Origin: Anthoceros angustus
Taxonomy: Eukaryota > Plantae > Anthocerotophyta
DNA length: 64,000 bases
Direction: 5' to 3'
NCBI GenBank assembly: GCA_010909165.1
Contig: VJWM01000249.1
Span: forward strand, 124,001 to 188,000
Numbering within the stretch: position 1 is the first letter of the stretch; each line of letters begins with the position of its first letter. Under the pieces are notes generated by a model that saw nothing but the letters and a program-made list of their open reading frames with translations, was not told the DNA's origin and made no database searches. Position numbers and translations under genes: made by a program. Shown here one piece after another: positions 39,601-53,136 of the stretch.

Positions 39601-40606
39601 TGGCTACCATAGTCTGTACCCTAAGACCATCTGCCTCTGCGTGTGTGCTGAACAAGTTGCTTAGAAACCCATTAAGGCCAATCAAGAAAGACATCTTCCA
39701 CTTCAACATGTGTATAACCACACTTTCAGCTCTGACATGTTAGAGTAGCAGTCTACAACATCTTCTGCTGTTCCAAGATGCCCCAAGAAGCTGATCTTAC
39801 ATTATTTCTGCCGATATGGTAATGCTTCCACCCGATCCACCACCTCCTTTCTCCCCAACAGATCCCCCTACTGCCAAAATTGATCCCTCCAAAATCAAAC
39901 GTTCTGCAACCGTCAGATTTACACGTCCCCCTCCACCGCCTCCTAACTCTTCATCGCTAGTTGTACTGCCGCCTTTGCTACCATAACTCCACGGCTTTGC
40001 AAGAGATGACCAGCCATATATGTCACCTCCCCATAAATCTTGCTGATCAGCAACAGAAGAGTCATCACTAGCACAGCAGGCCCCTCTCCCTCCATGCCCG
40101 GCACCTGCACCTTCAGTACCTGACGGAGTACCACTGGTTTGTCCTGGTGGGCTGCCGGCGAGGCCGGACACATTCAAAGACGAGGCAGCTTCCAGTGTGA
40201 CATTTCGAGCCTCAACCACAAGGGTTCCCGCTACAATCGATGCATTCTGATGTAGATAAACATTACCTGTAAGCAATATATGTATGGTACACCCCTCGTA
40301 AGGACAGCTGATCTGTGTTCCTGCAAGTATTTCTAGACTTCCCTTGCCAGTAATGATAGAATCCTCTGCAAGCCAGACACTTTGGTTCAGTGTGCAGACG
40401 CTATCCAAAGAACCTTGTCCTTGCAGCTCCGCCTCGCATGAGAGTGTGGTGCCTGATGAGCACGAAGGAGTGTAAGAGGAATCACAGTCGGGCACTACTG
40501 TAGGTGGCCAGGGTAGCAATCCTGCTGCGGACGACCCAGAGATGAGAAGAAAGAGAAGAAACAAACAAAGTGCTAACAGACGCAACGGCATTGTTGAAGG
40601 GGCCAT
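33608..40606 (-). CDS. Large glycine-rich secretory/membrane protein (At5g11700/At4g32920-like family), many exons
   Basis: Signal peptide; GAGAGHGGRGACC; WGGDIYGWSSLAKPWSYGSKGG; ELPCELGSGGG; CPTGTYKNVTGS; RDFVRSEYDHACLRSCRSRALYEGLKV; ATPDLMLAYIDVFLGGDEKRPDLPP; multi-TM C-terminus ending DYSLYSPDPTKFWET*. The start codon may be 40591. Confidence 0.88.
33834..33860 (+). repeat. (CAA)n microsatellite in an intron
   Basis: acaacaacaacaac... directly visible. Confidence 0.9.
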
Positions 40607-43214
40607 ACTACCCACATTCCCTGTAGACTGCACAAAACTACACGACTGACATGCTCCAAGGAGATTCAGAACACTGCTCTCAACTCCCGCTCCAAGGTAT
40701 AACGAGCAGGAACGGCTACAGGCACCTCCTCACATTCGGTCACCAGGTACCCTCGTACTAATCGATCACTCAGCTAGTCTCAACTGCAGGCTATTCCTCC
40801 ACAGCAGCTAATAAGCATTTCATTCTCTACAAAGAGCGGGCCTATTAATTACAAACATCCCCTATGGTGGTGTTCAGCACGTGTTCATCAGTGTGCGGCG
40901 AAGGGCAACCCTCAAGATAAGCTCCAAAACGAAGTTCTTCTCTCCTCTTACACAGTCCTAAGTTAGGCAGCTATGCTGAGATTCGCAACGAACGCAGCCC
41001 TGCAATTTCAGAACCCAACTGGTCATGAAAGTCGTTTGGTAGTTCCAAGCCTTCAGCCACATGCACGTGAGACTGTAGAGACCCAAAGGTGCTTGTAGCT
41101 GGATCTACTTTGCCAGAAACCTGGTAAGAAAATGTCAAAGAATCACCAGCAGTAGTACCTCTATCGGCACGTGGCAGGAGCCAGGACTGGAAGCTACATG
41201 CCCATATCATACATGGAGTCAGTCACCAATGCACTTCCTCCAGCAAACCCTAAATACTATGAGGGGAGGTGCAACTTCGATTTGAGAGCTTCCAGTCTTA
41301 GTACTCCCTCCTGCTCCAAAAGAGACGCGTTCCTGAGAACAGCGAGTCCCACAATAGAGCGATCCAACATCGAAAGCCCGGGCAATTCACAGGCCCTGAA
41401 CCTGACCACGTGCAGATGGAATCCCTCTCCAGCCATAGAGCAGCCAGCGGTCCAAGCCCTACCCCGATGCCAAAATCATGGAATTAAGAATAAAATTGGC
41501 AGCGGCCCTGTGGTGCCTGCACTCACCCTGCAACATATGTACGTAAACCCGGGGGCACTTCCCACGGGTGCCCCGTACGGCCTGAGAAGAAACTGACTCC
41601 AGTACAGTACAATCTAGCGAAACTGAGCTGCAGCCGCATGCCCCTGGCAGCTCATAGGGCGGAATCCACGGCCCGGGGCCGGATGTCGCGAGAGCCCATC
41701 CAACCCAGCCGTGCTCCCAGCAAGCCCTCGGGAGGTCCAGACAGCAGCCAGAACCTGATGCAGAGCAAGCAATCCGGGGTCGCGCAACCTGGAGCGCAGC
41801 ATGCAGGCAATCCCGGAGCGGGGCGCAGCGGGGCGGGCAGGAGCGATGCGGGGAGCACGCAGCTGGGAATTGTGAATTGCAAAAGGGCCAGGTCCGGGTG
41901 GGAGGCGGCGAGCAGGAGCCGACGCTGGGCCAGGCCCCAGCTAGCTGATGCTCAGACACTCCGTCACTGAAGTGTCGCTGGGTGTGTGGTCGCGCGGAAG
42001 GGAGAACAACTGGCTTCTGCGACGCTCCCGCGCTTTGCTGTGCTGCCACTGCCTTCGCGTTTGGTGTGCTGTCGGCCGTTGTGTTGCCGCGGTGGGGTCT
42101 GGCGGGGTGGGGGCGGGAGGGGGAGGGCGCCTGGTCCCATGGAGCTCGGCCGGAGATTTGAGTGGAGCGTGATTGTAAATCCAACGCAAGGCACCCACAT
42201 GCAATTTCATAATGAATTCGCACTTGGGCATAAGGGTTGGTGCCAAGCCCATCACCCAAGGCGTCAGCTTCCACTAAGCGGTAGCGGCAGCGCCCACGCC
42301 AGGGGACCGTGCGACCCCACCAGCGCATTATGTAGTGCATTCGGATCGCTTCCCCGGTCGTGGAGACGACACTATCCACGTCATGTATCTACTGCTCCTT
42401 AAAAGGACTTCCTTCCACCTTGCATAGCTATCACGTGTTTTTCTTTTGTCCTTCCATGTTTCATATCTCCGTCTATGTGCATGAGCAAAGCATCCTCCTA
42501 CACCCATCTGTATTTCATTTTACAGAAAAATAATACTTAACAGTTATTCTGCATATTCAGTTCCTGAATCTTGAATATACGACATGAAACAACACATGTA
42601 GGTCTTTAGATTTCCTTTGAGTAAGTAGGTTGTCAAAAATTATGATTTTTGGGTTCATTTGTTTTTCTTCGAAACTCCTTAGTCCCCATACTACTTCCCT
42701 TCCTACTAGCTAATGTGCTCCCAAAAGATTCAGGGAGAGAAGTTGAACAAAATAGCAACCACAGGGGTTACCAACCTTGGGTTGATGGCACTTCGAACAC
42801 ATTCCGTGGCCTCACCACCCCATATCCATGTTGGCTCTGTGACAGGCCATACCACGGACTATGTCCCTGCCCCTCTCGCCCATCCAGCCATTACTTTTCA
42901 TGGAGTAAAGTCCGCGAAGCTTAGGACCAACAGAAGTGATGCGCATGAGAATTTAGCTAAACGTTGTTCCCTTTCATGTACAATTGTTATAGGTTTATAG
43001 AAAACATGCTAGATATGCAGTGGTTACTTATAGGGGTTGACATTTTGGGTGATAATGCATATGGCTTGTTCAAACGCTAATGGCAATTCTAATGAAACCC
43101 AGAAACGTTTAGGGTGTTTGAAAAGTAATTTAGTGCAGTCAGCATGCAAGCAACAAAGCTTTCAGATGCTCATTGAATGAAGTGAGTGGCTAGACATGAG
43201 AAGCCGCGACACTA

Positions 43215-46200
43215 GTAAGCTAACCATTTGATGTTCACAATGAGAGGAAACTCATTGACAGCTTTGAAAATTATAGGCGACCACAGGCATGGCGGTATGA
43301 CGCAAGCAATAGCTTGATCAAAAACCGTGTGATGGTGAGCTTGTTCCCAATTTTTGTGATTTTTGGTCAATTATAGATGTGAGGAGAAAAAAGCACTGAG
43401 ATTTCTTGATTTTTTTGTAAAAACTCCATAATCCATAGTGGTTTATTCCATACATGCTTTCATGAGGCAACTTATGTTCTATATAAAATAACTTTTTGTA
43501 CAAGGAAGCTCTACTTAAAAATCGATGTAAAGGTATGACCTTTTTTAACGTCTTTGTTAGTACGGTTAAGCAGACAATTACGTGTTGGGATTTAAGCCGA
43601 TGGATCGTTTCTCAGTTTCTCTTTAACCTCAAGGAGTAATCCTCATGCTAACACAATATTTAGTTTGTCATGCTCATCTAATTGTTGCTTTGATTTAACT
43701 AAGACTCCTTTATCGTAGCGAGGATGAGAGCACGGAAAGAGGTAGGTGTGCTGATTATGTTAGAACGTTATTGGCTTTGGTGGCCTATCAGGCTGCCTTA
43801 GCTTTCTGGGGTTGATGAATCGCTTCTTGCAAAAAAAGCTTGGGAAAGCATTTCACGGTAGGGTTAGACGACGGTTTCCTACTCACACTACTAGAAAAGA
43901 GGAGACTATGTTACAGTGGATGTTATATATTGGTGTTCTAGGGCTCCACGTTGTAACATAATGTGCAAGTAGGGTGGAGTAAATGCGGTTGCATTCGCAT
44001 TACACTTGTGTAATATGGGTATAACATGAGACTAGGGCAGGCATGGTCTCTTTGCGTTGAATAGCCTTCCCGGCCCACTAGCACATTTGAATATGTAGAT
44101 GGCATTGTATTGTCTGCCTAACTTTAGGTTTACTTAACCGTAGATGTCAGCTGTAAGTAATTTGATTGGGTGAGTAACGGATCGGGGTGAGTTTCGCCAA
44201 TGTAAGAATGACACTTGAGCGTTACCTCATGCACCAAAGTGATCGATCGGTATGCTGCAAAAATACGAGATGTGGAGCTCTTGGCTGAAAAAGGACGTTT
44301 ACTCTTATAGTCACTTGGGAAATGAAACACATCGGCATCTTGAACAACTGTGCAATTCTTGCGGATCAAGAAATTAGTTGATTCATGAAGCCAAAAGATG
44401 GAAGGGCCTTGATAATTCGTCGGTTGGGCAAAGGTAAGGCCAGAGGCTCATATGTAGGTGATAGTTGCACTACACCCTTCCATGAGAGAGGCCAATTCAC
44501 GGGTATGCTCAGGAGAACACAAGCCCCTATCAATGTCCCATTTAGCTTGAGCTAAGATAGCCGACTACTTGAGCTCTCTTTCTTGATACGCCACGCATCT
44601 ACCTATTAATGAGGTCTTCTTAGGACTAGTGACGTTTCCGGTCACTACTTGGAAGGGTAAAAAAGGTAAAGGTTATACAAAACCCTCCAAAACCATGTTT
44701 TTATGGTTTCATGAAAAAATGAACACGTGAACCTAGGAGAAATTGACAAAGAGATATGTTTTAGCGTATGTATATGTGCACATCTCAAATTATTTTACCT
44801 AACAACGGAATACATTATATATACACGTTGTTTTTAAAACATGGGCATCTTTGTATGGACAACAAAGATGCAAACTCGCAATTGAAAAGCCATATGGGTC
44901 GAGTCATCACCGTCATGGTCACCCCTCTACATAAGTGGGAGGGTCGTGATGGCACCGGACGCCTGTGCATAAAGCTTGCATCCCCACACAAATGACGTGG
45001 GAATGCGGCAAGATTTCTCACCGCCACCGTCATGCCACTACATCCATGAGCCGAACCCCAAGGACGTAAGCTAACCATTTGATGTTCACAATGAGAGGAA
45101 ACTCATTGTGAGCTTTGAAAATTATAGGCGACCACAGGCATGGCGGTATGACGCAAGCAATAGCTTGATCAAAAAGTGTGATGGTGAGCTTGTTCCCAAT
45201 TTTTGTGATTTTTGGTCAATTATAGATGTGAGGAGAAAAAGCAGATTTCTTGATTTTTGTAAAACTCCATAATCCATAGTGGTTTATTCCATACATGCTT
45301 TCATGAGGCAACTTATGTTCTATATAAAATAACTTTTTGTACAAGGAAGCTCTACTTAAAAATCGATGTAAAGGTATGACCTTTTTTAACGTCTTTGTTA
45401 GTACGGTTAAGCAGACAATTACGTGTTGGGATTTAAGCCGATGGATCGTTTCTCAGTTTCTCTTTAACCTCAAGGAGTAATCCTCATGCTAACACAATAT
45501 TTAGTTTGTCATGCTCATCTAATTGTTGCTTTGATTTAACTAAGACTCCTTTATCGTAGCGAGGATGAGAGCACGGAAAGAGGTAGGTGTCTTGATTATG
45601 TTAGAACGTTATTGGCTTTGGTGGCCTATCAGTAGCTTTCAGGGTTGATGAATCGCTTCTTGCAAAAAAGCTTGGGAAAGCATTTCACGGTAGGGTTAGG
45701 CAGCGGTTTCCTACTCACACTACTAGAAAAGAGGAGACTATGTTACAGTGGATGTTATATATTGGTGTTCTAGGGCTCCACGTTGTAACATAATGTGCAA
45801 GTAGGGTGGAGTAAATGCGGTTGCATTCGCATTACACTTGTGTAATATGGGTATAACATGAGACTAGACGGGCATGGTCTCTCTTTGCGTTGAATAGCCT
45901 TCCGCCCACTAGCACATTTGAATATGTAGATGGCATTGTATTGTCTCTAACTTTAGGTTTATAGCGTAGATGTCGGTAAGTAATTTGATTGGGTGAGTAA
46001 CGGATCGGGGTGAGTTTCGCCAATGTAAGAATGACACTTGAGCGTTACCTCATGCACCAAAGTGATCAGTCAGGTATGCTGCAAAAAATACGAGATGTGG
46101 AGCTCTTGACGCTGAAAAAAGGACGCGTTTCTGACGACTCTTATAGTCACTTGGGAAATGAAACACATCGCATCTTGAACAACTGTGCAATTCTTGCGGA

Positions 46201-48781
46201 TCAGTAAAATTAGTTGATTCATGAAGCCAAAAAGATGGAAGGGCCTTGATAATTCGTCGGTTGGGCAAAGGTAAGGCCAGAGGCTCATATGTAGGTGATA
46301 GTTGCACTACACCCTTCCATGAGAGAGGCCAATTCACGGTATGCTCGAGAACACAAGCCCCTATCAATGTCCCATTTAGCTTGAGCTAAGATAGCTACTT
46401 GAGCTCTCTTTCTTGATACGCCACGCATCTACCTATTAATGAGGTCTTCTTAGGACTAGTGACGTTTCGGTCACTACTTGGAAGGGTAAAAAAGGTAAAG
46501 GTTATACAAAACCCTCCAAAACCATGTTTTTATGGTTTCATGAAAAAATGAACACGTGAACCTAGGAGAAATTGACAAAGAGATATGTTTTAGCGTATGT
46601 ATATGTGCACATCTCAAATTATTTTACCTAACAACGGAATACATTATATATACGTTGTTTTTAAAACATGGGCATCTTTGTATGGACAACAAAGATGCAA
46701 ACTCGCAATTGAAAAGCCATATGGGTCAGTCACAATCATGGTCACCCCTCTACATAAGTGGGAGGGTCGTGATGGCACCGGACGTTCTGCATAAGCTTGC
46801 ATCCCCGCTCACAAATGACGTGGGAATGCGGCAAGATTCTGCCTACCGGTCATGCCACTACATCCATGACCGAACCCCGAAGGCGTAATAAGCGAAGTGG
46901 TATGTAGAATAATAATAACTATGTACACACACACTCACTATAAATGCAGATATTACTGAGCCCTAATAAATCAGCATCTATTCTCATCACTCCCACTTGT
47001 TGATAATTACGTCGCCTCCTTCGCCTTAGTAACTGTAAGTTCAGCTGGGCTTCTTGCTAGAAAGTGTGTGTACTCTGTGTAGCGTAAGCTCCCAATGGAT
47101 CGTTTCTCGTTCTCTTTAACCTCAAGGAGTAATCCTCATGCTAACACAATATTTAGTTTGTCATGCTCATCTAATTGTTGCTTTGATTTAACTAAGACTC
47201 CTTTATCGTGAGGATGAGAGCGGAAAGAGGTAGGTGTCTTGATTATGTTAGAACGTTATTGGCTTTGGTGGCCTATCCAAGCTTCTAGGTTGATGAATCG
47301 CTTCTTGCAAAAAAGCTTGGGAAAGCATTTCACGGTAGGGTTAGGCGGTTTCCTACTCACACTACTAGAAAAGAGGAGACTATGTTACAGTGGATGTTAT
47401 ATATTGGTGTTCTAGGGCTCCACGTTGTAACATAATGTGCAAGTAGGGTGGAGTAAATGCGGTTGCATTCGCATTACACTTGTGTAATATGGGTATAACA
47501 TGAGACTAGGGCAGGCATGGTCTCTTTGCGTTGAATAGCCTTCCCGGCCCACTAGCACATTTGAATATGTAGATGGCATTGTATTGTCTGCCTAACTTTA
47601 GGTTTACTTAACCGTAGATGTCAGCTGTAAGTAATTTGATTGGGTGAGTAACGGATCGGGGTGAGTTTCGCCAATGTAAGAATGACACTTGAGCGTTACC
47701 TCATGCACCAAAGTGATCAGTCAGGTATGCTGCAAAAAATACGAGATGTGGAGCTCTTGACGCTGAAAAAAGGACGCGTTTCTGACGACTCTTATAGTCA
47801 CTTGGGAAATGAAACACATCGCATCTTGAACAATGCAATTCTTGCGGATCAAGAAATTAGTTGATTCATGAAGCCAAAAGATGGAAGGGCCTTGATAATT
47901 CGTCGGTTGGGCAAAGGTAAGGCCAGAGGCTCATATGTAGGTGATAGTTGCACTACACCCTTCCATGAGAGAGGCCAATTCACGGGTATGCTCAGTAGAA
48001 CACAAGCCCCTATCAATGTCCCATTTAGCTTGAGCTAAGATAGCCAGTACTACTTGAGCTCTCTTTCTTCAGCATACGCTTACGCATCTACCTATTAATG
48101 AGGTCTTCTTAGGACTAGTGACGTTTCCTGGTCACTACTTGGAAGGGTAAAAAAAAGGTAAAAGGTTATACAAAAACCCTCCAAAACCATGTTTTTATGG
48201 TTTCATGAAAAAAAATGAACACGTGAACCTAGGAGAAATTGACAAAGAGATATGTTTTAGCGTATGTATATGTGCACATCTCAAATTATTTTACCTAACA
48301 ACGGGAATACATTATATATACACGTTGTTTTTAAAAACATGGGCATCTTTGTATGGACAACAAAGATGCAAACTCGCAATTGAAAAGCCATATGGGTCGA
48401 GTCGCTGTCCACCGTCATGGTCACCCCTCTACATAAGTGGGGAGGGTCGTGATGGCACCGGACGTTCTGTGCATAAAGCTTGCATCCCCTGCTCACAAAT
48501 GACGTGGGAATGCAGCAAGATTTTCTCACCGCCACCGTCATGCCACTACATCCATGAGCCGAACCCCAAGGACGTAAGCTAAGTGGTATGTAGAATAATA
48601 ATAACTATGTACACACACACTCACTATAAATGCAGATATCGAGCCCTAATAAATCAAGCATCTATTCTCATCACTCCCACTTGTTGATAATTACGTCGCC
48701 TCCTTCGCCTTAGTAACTGTAAGTTCACCGGGCTTCTTGCTAGAAAGTGTGTGTACGTGGCGTAAGCTCCCAATGGATCGT
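43215..48781 (+). repeat. Three staggered copies of a 1.6-1.9 kb decayed repeat segment
   Basis: gtaagctaaccatttgatgttcacaatg at 43215 and 45066. atggatcgtttctc at 43600, 45441 and 47095. Duplicated ORFs at 46010 and 47661. Confidence 0.9.
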
Positions 48782-49929
48782 GATGCAGAAGGCACGCAGT
48801 TCATTGTTTTTAATAGCTCACACGCCCCATGCCATATAGCGGCTAGGCTCATAGGGCACAGGCTCAAATCCTTGGAAAACATGGCGTGGTCCGAGGAAAG
48901 CGCCTCCGCAGCGCGCCCTACCCAAGAGATCGGGCGCTGCAGCAGCCTGCCTAGAGCAACTGCCTTTGAGGAAGGCGCGAGAGTGCATCAGCCTGCACAA
49001 ACGGTGAGAACAAGTGCAAGAGGAGCTATCAGCTCAGGGTGGTCGCGAGGAAGACCCCGAGGCCACCAGAGCTGTGCTTGAGGCGAGATGCCTCGAAACA
49101 GCACCAGAAGCAGTGGCGGTGGCGGCGACAGCGCCTCCACACCATACTCGCTTGACTTCAAGCAACAGGGCTGATCAACAAACAGCGACCGTGCCACAAC
49201 CTCGATCCCCCACAGCACCAACTACAGCCATGGGAGGTCTGAGAGGCCGGACACGCGAAGACATCCATTCTCGGGCGACAGTGGAGAGGTGCCGCTTCAA
49301 TCGTGGTGAGTTTGAGTATGCCAGTACTGATCAACGCCCTCCTGTTCCGCCCAGGTTCCCAATTCCCACAGGTGTGATGTCAGAAACAAAGATCGTGACC
49401 CCTGGAAATTGGGAGACACCCGGAAGTCCTCTGTGGTATAGGTGCACATCCACTGGACTGGTGATGAAGCGCGTTGAGGTGCAGCTATGCCGTGAATACC
49501 AAGATCACATGACCACCATCTACAGTAAGTCTTCACACCAGTTCGAGTCCATTCTTCTACGCTTATAACAGCTAATGCAAACAGTTTGATATTTGTCTTT
49601 GTGTATGACCTGAAAAAGTCTTAACCCCCTGCTGACCTGTGTCAATTGTTTGTAAACCATGCTCCCATTGTCTATCAACAGGATCTGAAGATAGGCTGGA
49701 AGAGGAGAACAGCCTGGAGACGAAGGAGAGAATTTCTTATCAGGAGAGGAAGAAAAGATTTTCTCCTCGCACTGAGAATGAAACTTTTTCTTCAGAGTCT
49801 GTGGGCTATGATTCTTGGGAGAAATTTTCCAACTCAATAAGTTCTGAGAGCAGGAGATCTTTCCCATCTCCACCTGGAAATTCAGACAATGACGACAGCA
49901 ATGACTGGGGTTGTGCCTAGCTTGGTTAG

Positions 49930-51890
49930 CTAGGTCTTAGATGAGGCAGTGGGGCTGCCTTCATGGCTTCCCATGCTAAGAACTCTCATGTGTTTTTCGT
50001 GAAGTTCCCTTCCTAGGGACTTAGTTAAAATGTCTGCTGGGTTTTCAGATGTTAGCACATATTCTAGATCAATCTGTCCAGATTTGATCAAGTTACGTAT
50101 GAAGTGATATTCAACTTCCACGTGCTTGGTTCTATAGTGAAACACTGGATTGTGAGCAAGACTCATTGATCCAACAGCGTCTGTTTAGAAAGGGGTTTCT
50201 CCTGTCAAAAGGGGTTTTGGAAAAAATCCCAACCCTATTTCGCCGGAAACTGAAGTTGCTTTGGTTTTTGTTGGTTTTTGTAGGTGTTCATCCATCGGTT
50301 CCGGGCATTCTCGACTCGGCACCACTTCTGTCAGTCATTTACATTGGCGCCTTGTACTCGGGTTCATGGCGATTTAGTCGGTGTGATGAAGAACTAGTGA
50401 CCTCATTGTTCCATAATTTCGTCATGTCGTAGTTTACGCATTTTGTGTGGTTTTGTATATTTTTTGTATACGGGGCCTAGGCGCGCATAAGTGCAGCGTC
50501 TAAACAACGCTATCAAACTTGTGCATGCATGCAAAAAAAATAATCTTTTAATGGGGACACATGTCCTTTTGGAGGTCGAGGATGTCGGAACTCCCAACAA
50601 AATAACAAGTAGTAGACATCGGCGGAGGTTCACCTAGACCGCTCTCATATATCTATCCTATGCCCTAATGCGACGAAGAACACCCTATCCCTTTTTATCC
50701 TTTACGGTGTTTAGTCTCTTTCGGTGACCTAGTACCGGTTATCATCAAAACATGTTAGGGGCCCACCGGTGAACAAGTGCATGTACCAGGGGCAGGACGT
50801 GGCTGCGCGCGCACTGGGCAGGGGCCGTGTGCGCGCATAAGTGCGCGCACCGAGGGCAGTGGTGCGCTGACTGAGGCGCCACAGGGGCAGTCGCACTTGT
50901 GCGCGCAGGGGCAAGGAGGCCAGTGCACGCACAAGTGCACGCACCCAAGGTCGAAGGGCCTAGGAGCATGAACCCATATGGTTCATGCCTCCTAGTGCAT
51001 TCCCACGTTCATCCAAAGAAAAAAGAGCAAAAGTCTAAAAACCCTTAAAACCTAAAAATCACAAAAGTCCAGTTTTTGAGGCAAGTCAGACTTGCTAAAA
51101 TTTTGACAATTTTTGAATTGTTTTGTATTTGTTTTGATATTTTTTGTTTTAAAGGGTTCCTTTCGACGCTTTTCAACCTTTTTGTGCACCTCCCTAATGT
51201 GGATATGTTCTTATCTTTACTTAACCCTCATCTTTTTCTAGTGGTTAAAACTTTGAACTAGTAGTGAGAACCTTTTGCATCTTTTGAATCTTGAGGCGTT
51301 TGGCGTGGGCCCGGCTCAAGTGCGACCATGCCACTCTCATTCTCGCACGCATGTGGATCAAGAACATTAGGTCAACGAAGATATTATTGTCCCAATGTCT
51401 AAGAAACAAAGTCTGTAAAATTCTCGATAGAGTATAGTCTTAGGATTGAGTGGTATGAATGAAAGGTTGAAAGCAAACAAGTTTGCGCACGTAATTACAG
51501 CAAGCCTAAAAACTCTAAAGCGTTTGTATCGTCAACACCGCAATGATTGCGGATGTTGGAAGCTATTAGATCTAAGTGCGCATAAGTTTGCGCACGTGTC
51601 CATTTTGAAAAGAAAAGCCGAGCGAGAATGGGACTTTAGGTTTTGCCACGTACTTGCAATCTACAATCTCAAATAACGTGTATCAAAACAATTATTCAAA
51701 AGGTTGCGGGTGACATGTGCGAAATACCAAAAGGCGATTATAGTGCGGATTTTTCAAGTGCAAAAAGGGGTCCGGCCACGTCCGTGTGCAAAAAGGGTTT
51801 CAGGAGAAACCCCTTTCTAAACAGACGCTGTTATCCTTGATTGTCTGTTTTAATTGTGGTGCAGGTTGTCGGTGGTAGGTGGCACATCGT
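49930..51890 (-). mobile_element. Ty1/Copia pol remnant (RNase H C-terminus), interrupted by the TIR element
   Basis: TTIKTDNQG (right of the insertion) joins SMSLAHNPVFHYRTKHVEVEYHFIRNLIKSGQIDLEYVLTSENPADILTKSL (left of it), the classic Copia RNase H motifs. Confidence 0.9.
50173..51832. mobile_element. Non-autonomous 1660-bp TIR element with perfect 32-bp TIRs and 4-bp TSD (ATCC)
   Basis: aacagcgtctgtttagaaaggggtttctcctg at 50173-50204 with its exact reverse complement at 51801-51832. ATCC at 50169-50172 and 51833-51836. No coding capacity recognised. Confidence 0.95.
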
Positions 51891-53136
51891 TCGAACGTGC
51901 ATGCAAGCAGGCAGTCAACACAACAAACACAATGTGCTATCCGATGCTTAAGATCTATACTATTTCCTCCTACCAGAATTTGTTGTCGGTCACTCTTCAT
52001 TTGTTATCAGTGATTCTTCATTTATTGTCCGGAATTCTCCACTCTTACGTTTCACATTGAACATGTCCAAATAAGAGGTGACAAATTGACTTTTTGAAAA
52101 GAAGAACAAACCTAAAGATGAATTCAAAATTTCATATAAGGATTTATTAGAAGTGAAAAAACCTTTGTTGGATTCAAATGAAAGAGCCTATGCTCAAGAG
52201 AATAAGTTCTTAAAGAGTATGCAAGTGTTTACAATAAGAACTGCTACTTGGGCACTAATAACATTCTTATAACTGACACATTTGGCCAATTGATGCTCTT
52301 ATAATGGCACTTTTATCTTCCTTACAATTAACTTCTCAAATTTTTTTATTTTTTCTTTGGATAATTAAAAGCTAAAAAATTCTTGACATTTTGATCTATT
52401 ATCATAACTGACTCAGGTTAAAACACTATAACATGTGTAATGCTTTAATCAACTATTCTAGCATGTTGCATTTCTAAGGGTTCTCAAGATTCTTATTTTT
52501 ATGATAAAATATAAATAAAATATATTCAATATAAAAAATCATCTAATTCCATATTCTTATGACCCAATATGGTATCTTTTCATCAAATATTTTTTGATCA
52601 TAAAAGATAACTAATAAAAATTTTCTTAGTAAAAAACCAAAGACTTTTAATTACTAACTCTATTAGATTCTAGTCCTCTTAGATTCTTTAATTAGTGATC
52701 TATTTAAAATACTAAAAAATTCTAAGGTCTAGGAGCTTTTAATCCTTTTTGTTATCTAAAATCTTTTTGGTTTCTAACGAGAGCTAGGAGTCGACTCGAA
52801 GTACATATGTAGTAATCTGTGTAGGTCGAACGAGTCACCGCTGCGACCGCATACATAGTACGACACGGACAGACTGTAGACTGCCAAAGAATGGACTGTA
52901 TGTACATACAAATGTTTTTACACTGCGCAAATGGACACGTCGCTGGAATGCATGCTCAATGATTGCCAAACAATCGAAAAACACATTTGGACAACATTAT
53001 GTTAAGAATCTTACTACATACAACTCGAGCTTCCCAACACCGACGCAAGAAGGAGCCCAACGGGAGCCCTATCCGCCTCGTATCTCTCGTGTACTCCTGC
53101 CGGGTGGCCCTCTCAGTTGCTTCATGCGCGTCCCCG

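Noticed and set aside
41459-42402. Long overlapping ORFs (up to 306 aa)
   Set aside because: GC-rich promoter/5' UTR region of the glycine-rich gene; low-complexity translations without motifs.
43886-43898. CACTACTAGAAAA resembling a CACTA terminus (also in the duplicated copies and cactactag at ~32046)
   Set aside because: No matching inverted end with a 3-bp TSD was found.
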